The notes beneath the pieces were generated by a model. It searched no databases, was not told the DNA's origin, and saw only the letters and a list, made by a program, of their open reading frames with translations. Positions 1 to 9,092 of a DNA stretch of 31,015 bases are shown here, one piece after another (position 1 is the first letter of the stretch; every line of letters begins with the position of its first letter). The DNA is taken from positions 1 to 31,015 of the IMG/VR virus record IMGVR_UViG_3300025571_000015; one strand, given 5' to 3'. The translations under genes and the position numbers were made by a program. The DNA comes from a virus. Its lineage: Duplodnaviria; Caudoviricetes.

Positions 1-341
1 CGATCTCCTCCTCGGTCATCTGCAACCAGAAGCGGGCGCCCATCGGCGGCCACACCCGGGTCGGATCCGTACGTCGTCTCGCTCCAGGCCGCCGAGAAGG
101 TGTCCGCCGAGGTGCCCTCTGCGACCCGCATGAACGTCCAGATCTGGAATGCGAACACGCCTCCGGTGGCGACCAGCTCCCATCCTTCGATCGGGGTCGG
201 GTCTGCCGTCAGTGAGTAGACGTACAGGTGGGCGAGCAGCAGATCGCCCGACCGGCGTCCGCTGGGGGCAGCGAGGCTGACGCTCGTGCCCGGGTCGACC
301 GGAGTCGCCTCGACCCACCTAGCGACGGCTGGGGGTGTCAT
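1..341 (-). CDS. Tail fibre/minor tail protein, beta-rich domain (partial, runs off left edge)
   Basis: Not in the ORF track; translated by hand from ATG 341, which overlaps the upstream stop (ATGA): MTPPAVARWVEATPVDPGTSVSLAAPSGRRSGDLLLAHLYV...PIEGWELVA...IWTFMRVA. The P-x-G-x3-GDLLLA...GW...RVA pattern is common in phage tail appendage proteins. Confidence 0.6.
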   Translation of the reverse strand, partial: MTPPAVARWVEATPVDPGTSVSLAAPSGRRSGDLLLAHLYVYSLTADPTPIEGWELVATGGVFAFQIWTFMRVAEGTSADTFSAAWSETTYGSDPGVAADGRPLLVADDRGGD

Positions 342-922
342 GCCACCGGCTCCAGCCAGATGTCACCGGCGTCCAGCAGCGCCGGCCTCGTCGACGTCAC
401 CCACCAGTTGACCGGCAGCGCGTCGTTGCGCACCGCGTCAGGGTCGGTGTGGGGGTTGGTCGGGCTACCAGGAGCCGACGCGCTCACCAGCGCGTCCCAC
501 GTCCTGCCACCGTCGCTGCTGATCTCGACGACCCCCGGCATCGCAACCCGCAGCTGGACGCCGCCGGCGCTGACCGCAACCGGGTACGCGGCATCGGCCT
601 CCGCCTGCGCGCCGATCGCGACGGTGCTCGCGCCGGCCGCTCTGGCGCGGTCCCCGATCGCGACCGCCGCCGTCGCCGCCGCATCCGCATCCGGCCCCAG
701 CTGCACCGACCCCTCGCCGCTGCCGCTGGTGTCCGCATCCCTGCCCGGCGGTCCCTGCGGCCCCGGATCCCCCTTCGGGCCCGGCGGCCCCCTCACCGCC
801 GCGGCTCCGCCGACCTGCTCGAGCACGTCGGCGGCCAGCACCTCACGGGTCAGCGGCAGCCGCCTGCCAGTCCCGTCGTCGTACTCGACCGGCTCCCCGG
901 TCCTCACGCTGTACAGCGCCAT
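338..922 (-). CDS. Tail fibre-like protein with collagen G-X-Y repeat and YadA-head-like repeats
   Basis: GPPGPKGDPGPQGPPGRD followed by SVQLG/AVAIG/TVAIG at 14-aa spacing; RBS GGAGGG; lies directly after baseplate J. Confidence 0.7.
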   Translation of the reverse strand: MALYSVRTGEPVEYDDGTGRRLPLTREVLAADVLEQVGGAAAVRGPPGPKGDPGPQGPPGRDADTSGSGEGSVQLGPDADAAATAAVAIGDRARAAGASTVAIGAQAEADAAYPVAVSAGGVQLRVAMPGVVEISSDGGRTWDALVSASAPGSPTNPHTDPDAVRNDALPVNWWVTSTRPALLDAGDIWLEPVA

Positions 923-926
923 CGTG

Positions 927-2102
927 TCAGCCCTCCCTCACTGTGCCGGTGATCGTCCCTGGCCTCGGCAGCGCCGCCGGGCCGTCCAGTCTCACGTCCG
1001 AAGTGCCGAGCGTCCTGCCCTCCAGCCCGATTCTCAGCGCGGCGATGTAGTCGACGCCCGGCGCCTCGTTGATCGCCTGCGCCACCTCCAGATACCGGAC
1101 CGTGTCGACGTTCCGCCACGCCGTCTGGTCGCCGGTCGGCAGGCTCCCCCAGCTACCCGGCGCCAGGTAGGCGGCCACGGCGGCGATCGCCGCCTCCCTC
1201 ACCGTCTCCGGGTCTTCGCCTGGCAGGGCGACCGCGTCGAACTCGACCTCGACCTCGGTGTAGGTGGGGTCGATGACGTGCACCCTCCAGTTGACCTCGC
1301 GCATGCTCTCCAGCAGCGCCCTGACGTCGCTCTTGACGCCGGACGACAGCGCGGCGCCGTTGGCGTCGACGACCGCGACCGTGACCGTGCGCTCGTTGTC
1401 CCAGCTGCCGGTGTCGGGGTCGTAGAGGTTCAGCGCGAGCGCCCGATGCACGGCCGGGACGCGGCGGGCGAGCACTTCGAAGTCGCCGGGCAGGATCGGG
1501 GCCGGCGTGGCGAGCGCCAGCTCGTCCACCAGCCGGGCGACGTACGCCTCGTCGCTTTCGGCGTCCACCCCGCCGGAGCTGGTGCCGGCGAGCTCGATCT
1601 TGTCGATCCACTCCAACGGCCGGATCGGCTCGACCTCGTTGCCCGCGTTCAGCCCGTTCGCCTGGGCGCCGGGCTCGACCGCGCGCAGCTGCACCTCACC
1701 CCTGGCGGTCTGGGTCTGGCCGGGCGGGATCGTCACCGGCGCGGCGACCTCGAACGTGTGGCCGTCGTCGCCGCTGGTGCGTACGAACACCTCCAGCCCG
1801 GCCGGGAGCGTGTAGCCGGCGTCGTCGCGGACGGTGACGGTCGCGTCGACGGTGGCCGCCGCCGCCTCCAGCGGGGCCAGCCGGATGATCGACTGGCCGA
1901 ACCAGCGCAGGATCGTCGGCAGCACGTCGGCGGCGGTGTCCCGGCCTTCGGCGATGATCCGCGCCGCCGACTGGAGCATGCGCGCGTCCAGCGCCATCGG
2001 CGCCGGCTCCCACCCGGGGATCTGGGCGCGCAGGTAGTCGTAGGCGATCTCGACCAGCTCTTCCGGGTCGGTCTCGATCGCTGGGTAGATCGGCTCAGCC
2101 AC
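927..2102 (-). CDS. Baseplate J/gp47-like wedge protein
   Basis: 391 aa; AVEPGAQANG, SSGGVDAESDEAYVARL and DFEVLARRVPAVHRA motifs; position in the baseplate module. Confidence 0.92.
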   Translation of the reverse strand: MAEPIYPAIETDPEELVEIAYDYLRAQIPGWEPAPMALDARMLQSAARIIAEGRDTAADVLPTILRWFGQSIIRLAPLEAAAATVDATVTVRDDAGYTLPAGLEVFVRTSGDDGHTFEVAAPVTIPPGQTQTARGEVQLRAVEPGAQANGLNAGNEVEPIRPLEWIDKIELAGTSSGGVDAESDEAYVARLVDELALATPAPILPGDFEVLARRVPAVHRALALNLYDPDTGSWDNERTVTVAVVDANGAALSSGVKSDVRALLESMREVNWRVHVIDPTYTEVEVEFDAVALPGEDPETVREAAIAAVAAYLAPGSWGSLPTGDQTAWRNVDTVRYLEVAQAINEAPGVDYIAALRIGLEGRTLGTSDVRLDGPAALPRPGTITGTVREG

Positions 2103-2103
2103 T

Positions 2104-2418
2104 TCAGTCCCCCTGCTCGATCAGCACGCGGATGTGCGCGGACCGCACGTCCCGCAGGTCCTCGATGAGGTCGACGATCGCCTCGGCGCGCGGCTCGCTG
2201 TGCACCAGGTGGGCGCGCAGCTCCTCGAGGTCGATCGCCTTGGCGCCGCCGCCGATCATGAGGTGGTCGGGCACGCCAAGGTCAGGCGCGTCGACGAGTT
2301 CGCCGAGCCGCGTGCGGGCGGCCGCCTCGACGCACTGGGCCACGTCCTCGGGCGAGTCCTGCGGCACGGTGACGAGACGCCCTCGTTCGTATCGGAACGG
2401 CAGCGCCGGATGCTCCAC
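2104..2418 (-). CDS. Baseplate gp25/GPW-like wedge (sheath initiator) protein
   Basis: GTG start after GAGGAGG; ALPFR...EDVAQCVEAAARTRLGELVDAPDLGVPD...SEPRA is a gp25 pattern. The ORF-track start at 2787 is over-extended. Confidence 0.85.
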   Translation of the reverse strand: MEHPALPFRYERGRLVTVPQDSPEDVAQCVEAAARTRLGELVDAPDLGVPDHLMIGGGAKAIDLEELRAHLVHSEPRAEAIVDLIEDLRDVRSAHIRVLIEQGD

Positions 2419-2420
2419 GT

Positions 2421-2717
2421 CTACGCCTCCTCCTCGGGCGGGTCGGGGATCGGGCCGTCCCACCAGACGACGACCCACAGCGTGTCGTCCAGGCCGCGGA
2501 CACGGACCGCAGCGCAGCGGTCGCCGCGCCTGGGCGTCAGGTGGCCGCGGGGCGAGAACACGGCCGGCCACTCCTCCCGGGCCGGCTCGCCGCCGTCGAA
2601 GGCGTCGATCACGATCGTCAACGCGGCCGGATCGTCGCTGGCGATCCTCCCCATGACGAGGTCGGGCAGCGGGTCGAGCCGATCGACCCGGCGGGCCCGG
2701 GGCTGCAGCGGGCTCAT
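2421..2717 (-). CDS. Short baseplate spike/gpV-like OB-fold protein
   Basis: 98 aa; MGRI...LTIVI...TPRRGDRCAAV...WVV resembles a gpV N-terminal OB fold; lies between hub and gp25; RBS GGGAGG. Confidence 0.6.
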   Translation of the reverse strand: MSPLQPRARRVDRLDPLPDLVMGRIASDDPAALTIVIDAFDGGEPAREEWPAVFSPRGHLTPRRGDRCAAVRVRGLDDTLWVVVWWDGPIPDPPEEEA

Positions 2718-2749
2718 CCGACCCTCCCCACGAGCCTGGCGCAGCGGCG

Positions 2750-2761
2750 TACCCTGCGCGC
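2750..2761 (+). promoter_or_regulatory. Putative -10 box (TACCCT) for a leaderless lipoprotein transcript
   Basis: TACCCT at 2750-2755, 6 nt before ATG 2762, with no SD sequence; this is the TANNNT leaderless pattern typical of Actinobacteria. Confidence 0.5.
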
Positions 2762-3151
2762 ATGACCAGCACGATCAAGTCCTCCACCGCCGCCGCACTG
2801 GTGGTCGCGCTCCTGGCCGCCGGGTGCGGCGCTGGCGGCGAGCAGGGCCGCTCTGCCGCCGATGTCGTCGCCGCCTACCGGCAGGCCGGGGAAGCGTTCA
2901 ACTGGGGCAGGTGGGATGTGCTCTGCGACCACTACAGCGGCCGGTCCCGGGAGCTGATGGAGCGGCTGGGTGGCGGTTCCTGCGCCGACTACCTCAAGAC
3001 GCTCGCGGGCGATGTGGGCGAGCGGGAGTTCGACCTCGTCGGGGTGGCGGTGCATGGCGATGAGGCGACCGGCCGTGACCCGGCCACCGACGAGCAGGTC
3101 AGGCTGGTGTTCGAGGACGGCGCCTGGCGCATCGATGACATGGGCGGCTGA
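2762..3151 (+). CDS. Lipoprotein (moron), possibly NTF2-like fold
   Basis: Signal peptide with lipobox LAAG-C; sits on the opposite strand in the gap between hub and spike genes. Confidence 0.8.
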   Translation: MTSTIKSSTAAALVVALLAAGCGAGGEQGRSAADVVAAYRQAGEAFNWGRWDVLCDHYSGRSRELMERLGGGSCADYLKTLAGDVGEREFDLVGVAVHGDEATGRDPATDEQVRLVFEDGAWRIDDMGG

Positions 3152-3156
3152 GACGG

Positions 3157-5118
3157 TCACGCGATCCCTCCGAGCTGCCGGCAGACCTGGGTCGGGTCGG
3201 CGTTGCCGTCGACGCCGTTACCGCCGCCGTCGTGGCGCAGCAGAACGAAGTGGCAGTGCGGCGCGGACGGGTAGCCGGAGGCGCCGATCCGCTGGCCGGC
3301 CTTGACCTTGGCGCCGACGCCGACGCGGACGCTGCCGGCGTGGCCGTAGCCGATCTTGTCGCCGGCCCGGATGCTCGTGCCGGGGACGTCCCGGTCCGCG
3401 CGCAAGTGGATCATCCCGCCCTCCCTGCCGAACCCGGACGTGGTGGCCATCGTGATCGTCCCGTCGAACGCGGCGAAGAACGGGGTGCCGACCGGCATGG
3501 CGACGTCGATCCCCCGGTGGAACCTGGCCGGCGGCCCGCTCCGCCAGCCGTAGCCGCTGGTGACCGGGAACCGGCCACCGAACGGGGAGCGGATCCTGCC
3601 GCTGCCCTTGCCACCGAGCACGTCCGGGATGTCCGGCAGGTCGGCGTCGACGGTCTCCCTCTCGGTCGGCACCCTCGGCCGCAGCAGGCCGCGGCACAGC
3701 TCGACGGTCGCCTGCGGGGAGAACCGTGACCGCTCGAAGCTCTTGACGAGCCAGCGGCCCCTCGCCGGGCCGCAGTCGTCGTCGAGCAGCACGACGACCC
3801 CGACCGGCAGCTGCCACATCGCCGCCCGGCACTGGAGCCGGGTGATGCGGACGACCTTGCGCGGCGCCCACTCCCAGTCGATCCAGTCGATGCCGGGGCT
3901 GTCCTCGGAGAGGGTGGCGCGCGGCCGCGACCTCATCAGCGCCTCGTCGGCGATGAAGTACGGCTGGTTGGCGACGACGAAGAACCGCATCCCGTACGCT
4001 TCGGCGGTGCGGCGGGCGGCGTCCCACAGCGTCTCGCCGCGCTCGACGACGAGCGTCGCCTCCCGGACGGTGGTGTAGGTGGCGGACAGGCCGCTGGTGA
4101 GGCCGGCGACGCCGGAGCGCAGCTCGATGATCCGCCGCGCCTCGGCCTCGTACCGGTCGTACCGGTCCGGGTAGGCGCTCATCTCGACGCGCTGGGCGAT
4201 CTGGCCGGGCGTCCAGCTCGGGTGTCTCCTCTCGAGCCACATGGCGCCGCCCTTGCTCGCGAACCCGTAGCCGGGCTTGTCGACCAAGAAGCTCTCGGCC
4301 ATGTACTCGATGTCGCGGGCCTCGGCGATCGTCCTGATCGTCCCTCTCGCCCCCCTCGACACGCCGACCCGCGCCTGCAGCACCCCGTAGGACCCGTACC
4401 CGTCGGCGGACGGGGTGGCCGGGTTGCTCAGCTCGCTCTCGACGATCGCCGCCTCGATCAGCGCGATCGTCGCCTTCGGCCCCGCCCCCATCTGCTCGGC
4501 GACCGCCAGCAGCCGGTCGGCGATCTCCAGCTGAGACGGGGTGATCGGCTGCCCCTTGACCGTCAAGTTCGCCGACCTGGGCGGCCGTCTGGGCAGGCCA
4601 GGCCGGCGGCGCTCGTCGGCCTCGTCGCGCGCCTGCCTGACCCTCAGGATCGTCTTGCCGATCCCGGCTCTCGCCCGGGCGGCCCGCTCGAGCGGCCCCG
4701 GGTCGTTAGTGATCGGCTCCGGCACCCCCGCCAGCCGGCACAGCCGGGCGATGAACCCGCGCACCCCCAGCGTCTGCGGGTTGACGCGCATCCGCCTCCT
4801 GGCCGTGCGCATGCGCGCCACGGTCTGGTCCTCGAAGGTGAGCTCGAGGTCGTCGCCGTTCTTGGCGACGTGGGCGAGCAGGTAGACGACCCTGTCGACC
4901 ACGAGCTTGACGTCCCGCTCGAGCCGGCCCTTGCCATCGACGTCGAGCAGCCTCGACCGGGCCAGCTTCCGGTCGGGGTCGAACACGGTCAGCCGGACGA
5001 TCGACGACCCGTCGATCGTCAGCTCTTCGCGCAGCTCGCGCAGCCCGGGGCCGATGATCACGTCGACCCTCCTGCCGGCGAGCGTGATCTCGCCGTCCAG
5101 CGCCCGCCGGTCGCTCAC
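3157..5118 (-). CDS. Baseplate hub protein with inserted lysozyme-like domain and C-terminal M23 peptidase
   Basis: GTG 5118 overlaps the LysM-gene stop. Hub-like segments GETLWDAARRTAEAYGMRFFV and GRWLVKSFERS; AIVESELSN...SYGVLQ...AQRVEMSAYPDRY lytic-like domain; M23 motifs HRGID, YGH, HCHF. Confidence 0.8.
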   Translation of the reverse strand: MSDRRALDGEITLAGRRVDVIIGPGLRELREELTIDGSSIVRLTVFDPDRKLARSRLLDVDGKGRLERDVKLVVDRVVYLLAHVAKNGDDLELTFEDQTVARMRTARRRMRVNPQTLGVRGFIARLCRLAGVPEPITNDPGPLERAARARAGIGKTILRVRQARDEADERRRPGLPRRPPRSANLTVKGQPITPSQLEIADRLLAVAEQMGAGPKATIALIEAAIVESELSNPATPSADGYGSYGVLQARVGVSRGARGTIRTIAEARDIEYMAESFLVDKPGYGFASKGGAMWLERRHPSWTPGQIAQRVEMSAYPDRYDRYEAEARRIIELRSGVAGLTSGLSATYTTVREATLVVERGETLWDAARRTAEAYGMRFFVVANQPYFIADEALMRSRPRATLSEDSPGIDWIDWEWAPRKVVRITRLQCRAAMWQLPVGVVVLLDDDCGPARGRWLVKSFERSRFSPQATVELCRGLLRPRVPTERETVDADLPDIPDVLGGKGSGRIRSPFGGRFPVTSGYGWRSGPPARFHRGIDVAMPVGTPFFAAFDGTITMATTSGFGREGGMIHLRADRDVPGTSIRAGDKIGYGHAGSVRVGVGAKVKAGQRIGASGYPSAPHCHFVLLRHDGGGNGVDGNADPTQVCRQLGGIA

Positions 5119-5936
5119 TTCGGCCTCCTCGGGAGCTTCAGCCGCCTGCCGACGTGGCGGCCGATGGCTCTCGGGTCGCGCAGCCACGGGTTGAGCCTCA
5201 GCGTCGCCCGGCGGGCCTGGGCGAGCTGCCTGGGGTTGAGCGGCCCCAGCTCGTCCTGCAGGATCTTGGCCAGCGTCTCCCCTCTGCGGATCCTGTGTGT
5301 GCGGGCGGCGCCGCCGTCGGACCGTCTGCGGTCTGGGATCTCGACGAGGTCGACGCCGACGTGCCGCTTCAGCGGGACGATCACCCTCGCCCGGACCCGG
5401 TCGCCGCTGACCCGGTCGACGATCACCTCCTCCCACTCCAGCGGCCCGTCGACGAACCAGGAGCGGCCGCCGTGAGGGACGCCGCCGCGCAGCCTCAGCA
5501 GCGGCGGCCGCTCGTCCCGGGCGGCGCCGACTGGCTGGCGGGCCATCAGGTCCAGGATCCTCAGCTCGCGCTCGCACCCCCAGCCGTCGGGCCACTGGCC
5601 GATGATCAGCGGCAGCCGCATCGTCAGCGAGGTGGTGCCGACGAAGTGGGTGGCGGAGACGCGGCCGGGGCGTTCGATGTCGACCCAGCCGCCGCCGGTG
5701 CCGCTGTCGCGGGAGGGGTAGCCGTCGCCGAGCCGGGCGACCAGCAGCTGCCTGATCTCGTCGGCGATGAGCACGACCTCGTCGGGGGCGGGGATCGCTT
5801 GGCGGCGGCGCTTGCGCCAGTCGGCCGCCTCGCGGGCGGCCCGCTGGGCGGCTCTCTCGGCGGCGCGGCGGCGGCGCGCGATCTCGTTGGCGCGGTCGCG
5901 CCTGGTGCTGGCCCTCATCCTGCGCGGCTGCGGCAC
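5115..5936 (-). CDS. LysM-domain tail tube initiator/tail protein
   Basis: C-terminal LysM THRIRRGETLAKI...LNPWLRDPRAI...GRRLKLP; lies immediately downstream of the tape measure gene. Confidence 0.8.
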   Translation of the reverse strand: MPQPRRMRASTRRDRANEIARRRRAAERAAQRAAREAADWRKRRRQAIPAPDEVVLIADEIRQLLVARLGDGYPSRDSGTGGGWVDIERPGRVSATHFVGTTSLTMRLPLIIGQWPDGWGCERELRILDLMARQPVGAARDERPPLLRLRGGVPHGGRSWFVDGPLEWEEVIVDRVSGDRVRARVIVPLKRHVGVDLVEIPDRRRSDGGAARTHRIRRGETLAKILQDELGPLNPRQLAQARRATLRLNPWLRDPRAIGRHVGRRLKLPRRPK

Positions 5937-5943
5937 CTCGCGG

Positions 5944-7998
5944 TCACCTCCACTGCTCGTCGTCCTCGATGTGGCGGACGACTCCGCGGCCGACTTGGCG
6001 GCCGTCGAGGTTGACTCCGACGTTCAGGTTGAGCGTGCGGCTCGAGGAGGCGCCGGCGAGCGCGGGGCCGGGGAGGACAGGCAGCGGCGCGAACGGGCTC
6101 GTGCCGCGACGGAGCCTGGGCATCCGGTACTGGCTGATGTGCGACTTGCCGGCCTCGAAGCGCTGGCGCTGCTGCCGCTCGCCCTTGGCGCCGATGTAGT
6201 CGATCAGGCCGATGTCGGGGCCGGGCAGCTTGTTGTACGCCTTGATCATCGCGTTGATCAAGTCGATGACGTTGTTGATCCGTGCTTCGATGAAGCGGAT
6301 CACGGCGCCGAAAGCGTCCTTGACGACGCCAACTACCGCGTCCATGGCGGAGCGGATCGGGGCGGTGAGCATCTTGAACGCGCCGATCATGAAGTCGATG
6401 GCGCCTCGGGCCATCTGCTTGACGCCGCTCCAGGCCTTGCCGAAGTCGCCGGTGAGCACGCCAGTGACGAGCTTGACCAGCCCGCCGATGAACGTCATCG
6501 CCCCACGGACGACCTGCTTGAGTCCGTCGAAGCCGCGTTTGAGGGCCGTGAACAGGTAGCGCTCCCACACCTCGCGGGCCACGAGCGCCGTCGCCTTGGC
6601 GACGTTCTGGACGGCCTGCCACGCCTGCTTGACGTCGTCGACGGTGATCCCGAACCTGTCGCTGAGCCAGGCGAGCGTGTCCCTCCACGCCCCCTGCACC
6701 CATCTGGCGGCGGCCTGGCCGGCGCGGCGGATCGTTCTCCAGTGCTTGTGCACAAGCACGACCGCAGCCCCGAGCGCGGCGAGCCAGGCGAGCGGGCCGC
6801 CGAACGCCAAGGCGGCCGCGGCCGCGACCCCGGCGAACGCGAGCTTGGCCTCCTTCGGCAGCGCGGCCAGCCACTTGATCGACGCCTTCGCCGCGGGGAT
6901 CAGCCAGTCCCTGACGGTCGCGGCGGTGTCTCTCACCGCCGACGCGACCGCCGTGTAGGCGGCGACGATCCGGCCGCCGGCCTTGAAGCCCCTGTCGAGG
7001 CCGGCGAACATGCCGGCCAGGCCGCCTCTGTCCATGCCGGCGATCCCGAACCTCAGCCCCCGCCGGAGCCACGGCAGCACATCCCTGCTGAGCCGCCGAA
7101 ACAGCGGGGCGGTCACGACCCGCTGGAACTTCTCCCAGTCCTTGGTCAGCAGCATCGTCTGCACCCGCCAGGTCCTCTCCGCCCTCCTGGCGGCGGTGCC
7201 GAACTTCTCCTCCCAGCCCTCGGCGATCGCCCGGATCGCCCGCCTGGCGCCGATCCCCGACCTGGCGATGTCCGCCAGCTCGTCCCTGGTCAGCCCGAGC
7301 TTCCTGCGCAGGATGTCGTAGACCGGGAAGCCGGCCTCGGTGAGCTGCAGCAGCTCCTCCTGCGACACCTTGTTCTTGGCCATGATCTGGCCAAGCGCCA
7401 GCGAGGCGCGGTTGAACTCGTCGACGGTGCGGCCGCCGCCGATCATCGCCATGTTCAGCGCCCTCAGGGTGCGGATCGCCTCCCTCGGGCCGAACCCCAT
7501 GCCGAGCAGCCTCACCGAGGCGTCCATGGCCTCGGTGAAGCGGAGCGTCGTGGAGTCCGACACCTGCTGGAGGTCCCTCATGAACCGCCTGGCCCTCTCG
7601 GCCGACCCGAGCAGGGTGGAGAACGACACCTCGGCGGATTCGAACGCGGCGTTGAACTGCAGCCCGGCCTTGATCCCGGAGACGCCCAGGGCGCCCGCGG
7701 CGACGGTGGCGGCGGTGATCGCGACCTTGGCGCCGGTGACCGCGCTGCGGGCGGAGTCCGCGGCCGAGGCGAGCATCCGCATCCCGGCCGCCCCGCCCGG
7801 GAGCGCGCGCGCCAGCCCGCGCAGCCGGCCGGTGATCCGGCCGCCTTCGGCGACGAGCCGGCCTCTCTCGTCGCGCAGCCGGCCCATCGAGTCGCCGAAG
7901 GTCCTGACCGACTTGGCGGTCGTGTCCAGGTCGCGCTTGGCGGCCGCCGCCCCCTGGACCCGGAGCCTGATCATCACGTCCTCGGCGGCCACCGTCAC
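5944..7998 (-). CDS. Tape measure protein
   Basis: 684 aa, Ala/Gly-rich helical; FSTLLGSAERA...LALGQIMAKNKVSQEELLQLTEAGFPVY core; aromatic 11/22-aa repeats (TGDFGKAWSGVKQ); C-terminal VNLDGRQVGR. Confidence 0.93.
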   Translation of the reverse strand: MTVAAEDVMIRLRVQGAAAAKRDLDTTAKSVRTFGDSMGRLRDERGRLVAEGGRITGRLRGLARALPGGAAGMRMLASAADSARSAVTGAKVAITAATVAAGALGVSGIKAGLQFNAAFESAEVSFSTLLGSAERARRFMRDLQQVSDSTTLRFTEAMDASVRLLGMGFGPREAIRTLRALNMAMIGGGRTVDEFNRASLALGQIMAKNKVSQEELLQLTEAGFPVYDILRRKLGLTRDELADIARSGIGARRAIRAIAEGWEEKFGTAARRAERTWRVQTMLLTKDWEKFQRVVTAPLFRRLSRDVLPWLRRGLRFGIAGMDRGGLAGMFAGLDRGFKAGGRIVAAYTAVASAVRDTAATVRDWLIPAAKASIKWLAALPKEAKLAFAGVAAAAALAFGGPLAWLAALGAAVVLVHKHWRTIRRAGQAAARWVQGAWRDTLAWLSDRFGITVDDVKQAWQAVQNVAKATALVAREVWERYLFTALKRGFDGLKQVVRGAMTFIGGLVKLVTGVLTGDFGKAWSGVKQMARGAIDFMIGAFKMLTAPIRSAMDAVVGVVKDAFGAVIRFIEARINNVIDLINAMIKAYNKLPGPDIGLIDYIGAKGERQQRQRFEAGKSHISQYRMPRLRRGTSPFAPLPVLPGPALAGASSSRTLNLNVGVNLDGRQVGRGVVRHIEDDEQWR

Positions 7999-8190
7999 TC
8001 ACCCCCCCAGCAGCATGCGGGCGCGCCGGACGTCGCGCTCGTCGGCAAGCTCGACCGCCCGGGCGAGCACGTCCCTGGCGAGCGCACGCCACGCCGGATC
8101 CCCGGCGAGCAGTGCCCGCCCGAGGCCGTCCATGCCGTAAGCGAACGCCAGCGCCGCATCCTCGATCTCGCCCGGGCTCAGCGCCCCGTG
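7999..8190 (-). CDS. Tail assembly chaperone second frame (gpT/GT-like), no clear own start
   Basis: Open -1 frame HGALSPGEIEDAALAFAYGMDGLGRALLAGDPAWRALARDVLARAVELADERDVRRARMLLGG* fills the gap between chaperone and tape measure genes. Confidence 0.6.
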   Translation of the reverse strand, partial: HGALSPGEIEDAALAFAYGMDGLGRALLAGDPAWRALARDVLARAVELADERDVRRARMLLGG

Positions 8191-8666
8191 ACGCTGTCCT
8201 CCGCGTCGTCGCCGCCGACCAGCCAGCCGGCGATCGCGGTCGCGACGGTCAGCAGCCGCAGCGCGTTGACCTGCGGCGGGTCGCCCTCGGTGAACGCGGC
8301 CAGCACCGCCCCGGCCGGGGTCGTGATCTCCGGCCGGCCGATCGCCTCACCGAACACCGGCCCGTCGAACATCAGCGGCAGCCCCGCATCGGTGGTCAGC
8401 TGCTCGAGCGTCCCGTCCGCGTCGCGGGCGTACAGGCCCTTGGTCGCGGCGGCGATCACGCCGGCAAGGTCGTCCTCGGTGAGGTCGCCGGCGTCGTCGC
8501 TCATCAGCCGCATCAGCGTCCGCATCGCGTCCCGGGCGCCCGTGGTGTCGACCATGCCGATGCGGGCGACGAGCGTGCCGTCCTCCCACAGGTCGATGTC
8601 CGTGGTGCGCGACTGCTGGCGCGCCTCGTAGGCGGTCCGCAGCCTCTCCAGCGGCGACAGGCTCAT
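8178..8666 (-). CDS. Tail assembly chaperone (gpG-like)
   Basis: ATG 8666 overlaps the tube stop (ATGA); acidic 162-aa protein between tube and tape measure genes. Confidence 0.7.
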   Translation of the reverse strand: MSLSPLERLRTAYEARQQSRTTDIDLWEDGTLVARIGMVDTTGARDAMRTLMRLMSDDAGDLTEDDLAGVIAAATKGLYARDADGTLEQLTTDAGLPLMFDGPVFGEAIGRPEITTPAGAVLAAFTEGDPPQVNALRLLTVATAIAGWLVGGDDAEDSVTGR

Positions 8667-9082
8667 GACGGCAACCCGTCGACGCCGATGGTGACCGCGA
8701 GCCTCGTCACCTCGGTGCCGTTCGAGTCGTGGGACGGGGTGTCGATGGAGACGATCCGGCCGCGGTAGGTGGTCAGGCCGCCGGGGACCGCGGACCTGTC
8801 CGGGTTGAGCGCCTGCTTGCCGACGACGCACGCGGCGCCGATCCGGTTGCTCAGCCACTTCTCAATGACCGCGTCCCGCTCAGCCCGGTAGCCGCGGCTG
8901 ATGGTGATCTCCTCGACGACCGGCGGAGAGACCGAGGTCTCGGCCTCCGCCATGCCGCCCGGCCTGTACTGGGTCGCTTCGCCGGCGACCCTGCCGCCTT
9001 CGAAGCTGTCGAAGACGCCGGGGACCGGCGCGCCGTCGACCGTGAGGGTGACGGCCCAGTGGTTCTGGTGGACGAGTGCCAA
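8663..9082 (-). CDS. Contractile tail tube protein
   Basis: 139 aa; FDSFEGG...YRPGG...EITISRGY resembles T4 gp19/CIS tube; TTG start with GAGGAGG RBS; follows the sheath gene. Confidence 0.85.
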   Translation of the reverse strand: MALVHQNHWAVTLTVDGAPVPGVFDSFEGGRVAGEATQYRPGGMAEAETSVSPPVVEEITISRGYRAERDAVIEKWLSNRIGAACVVGKQALNPDRSAVPGGLTTYRGRIVSIDTPSHDSNGTEVTRLAVTIGVDGLPS

Positions 9083-9092
9083 CGTCGCCTCC

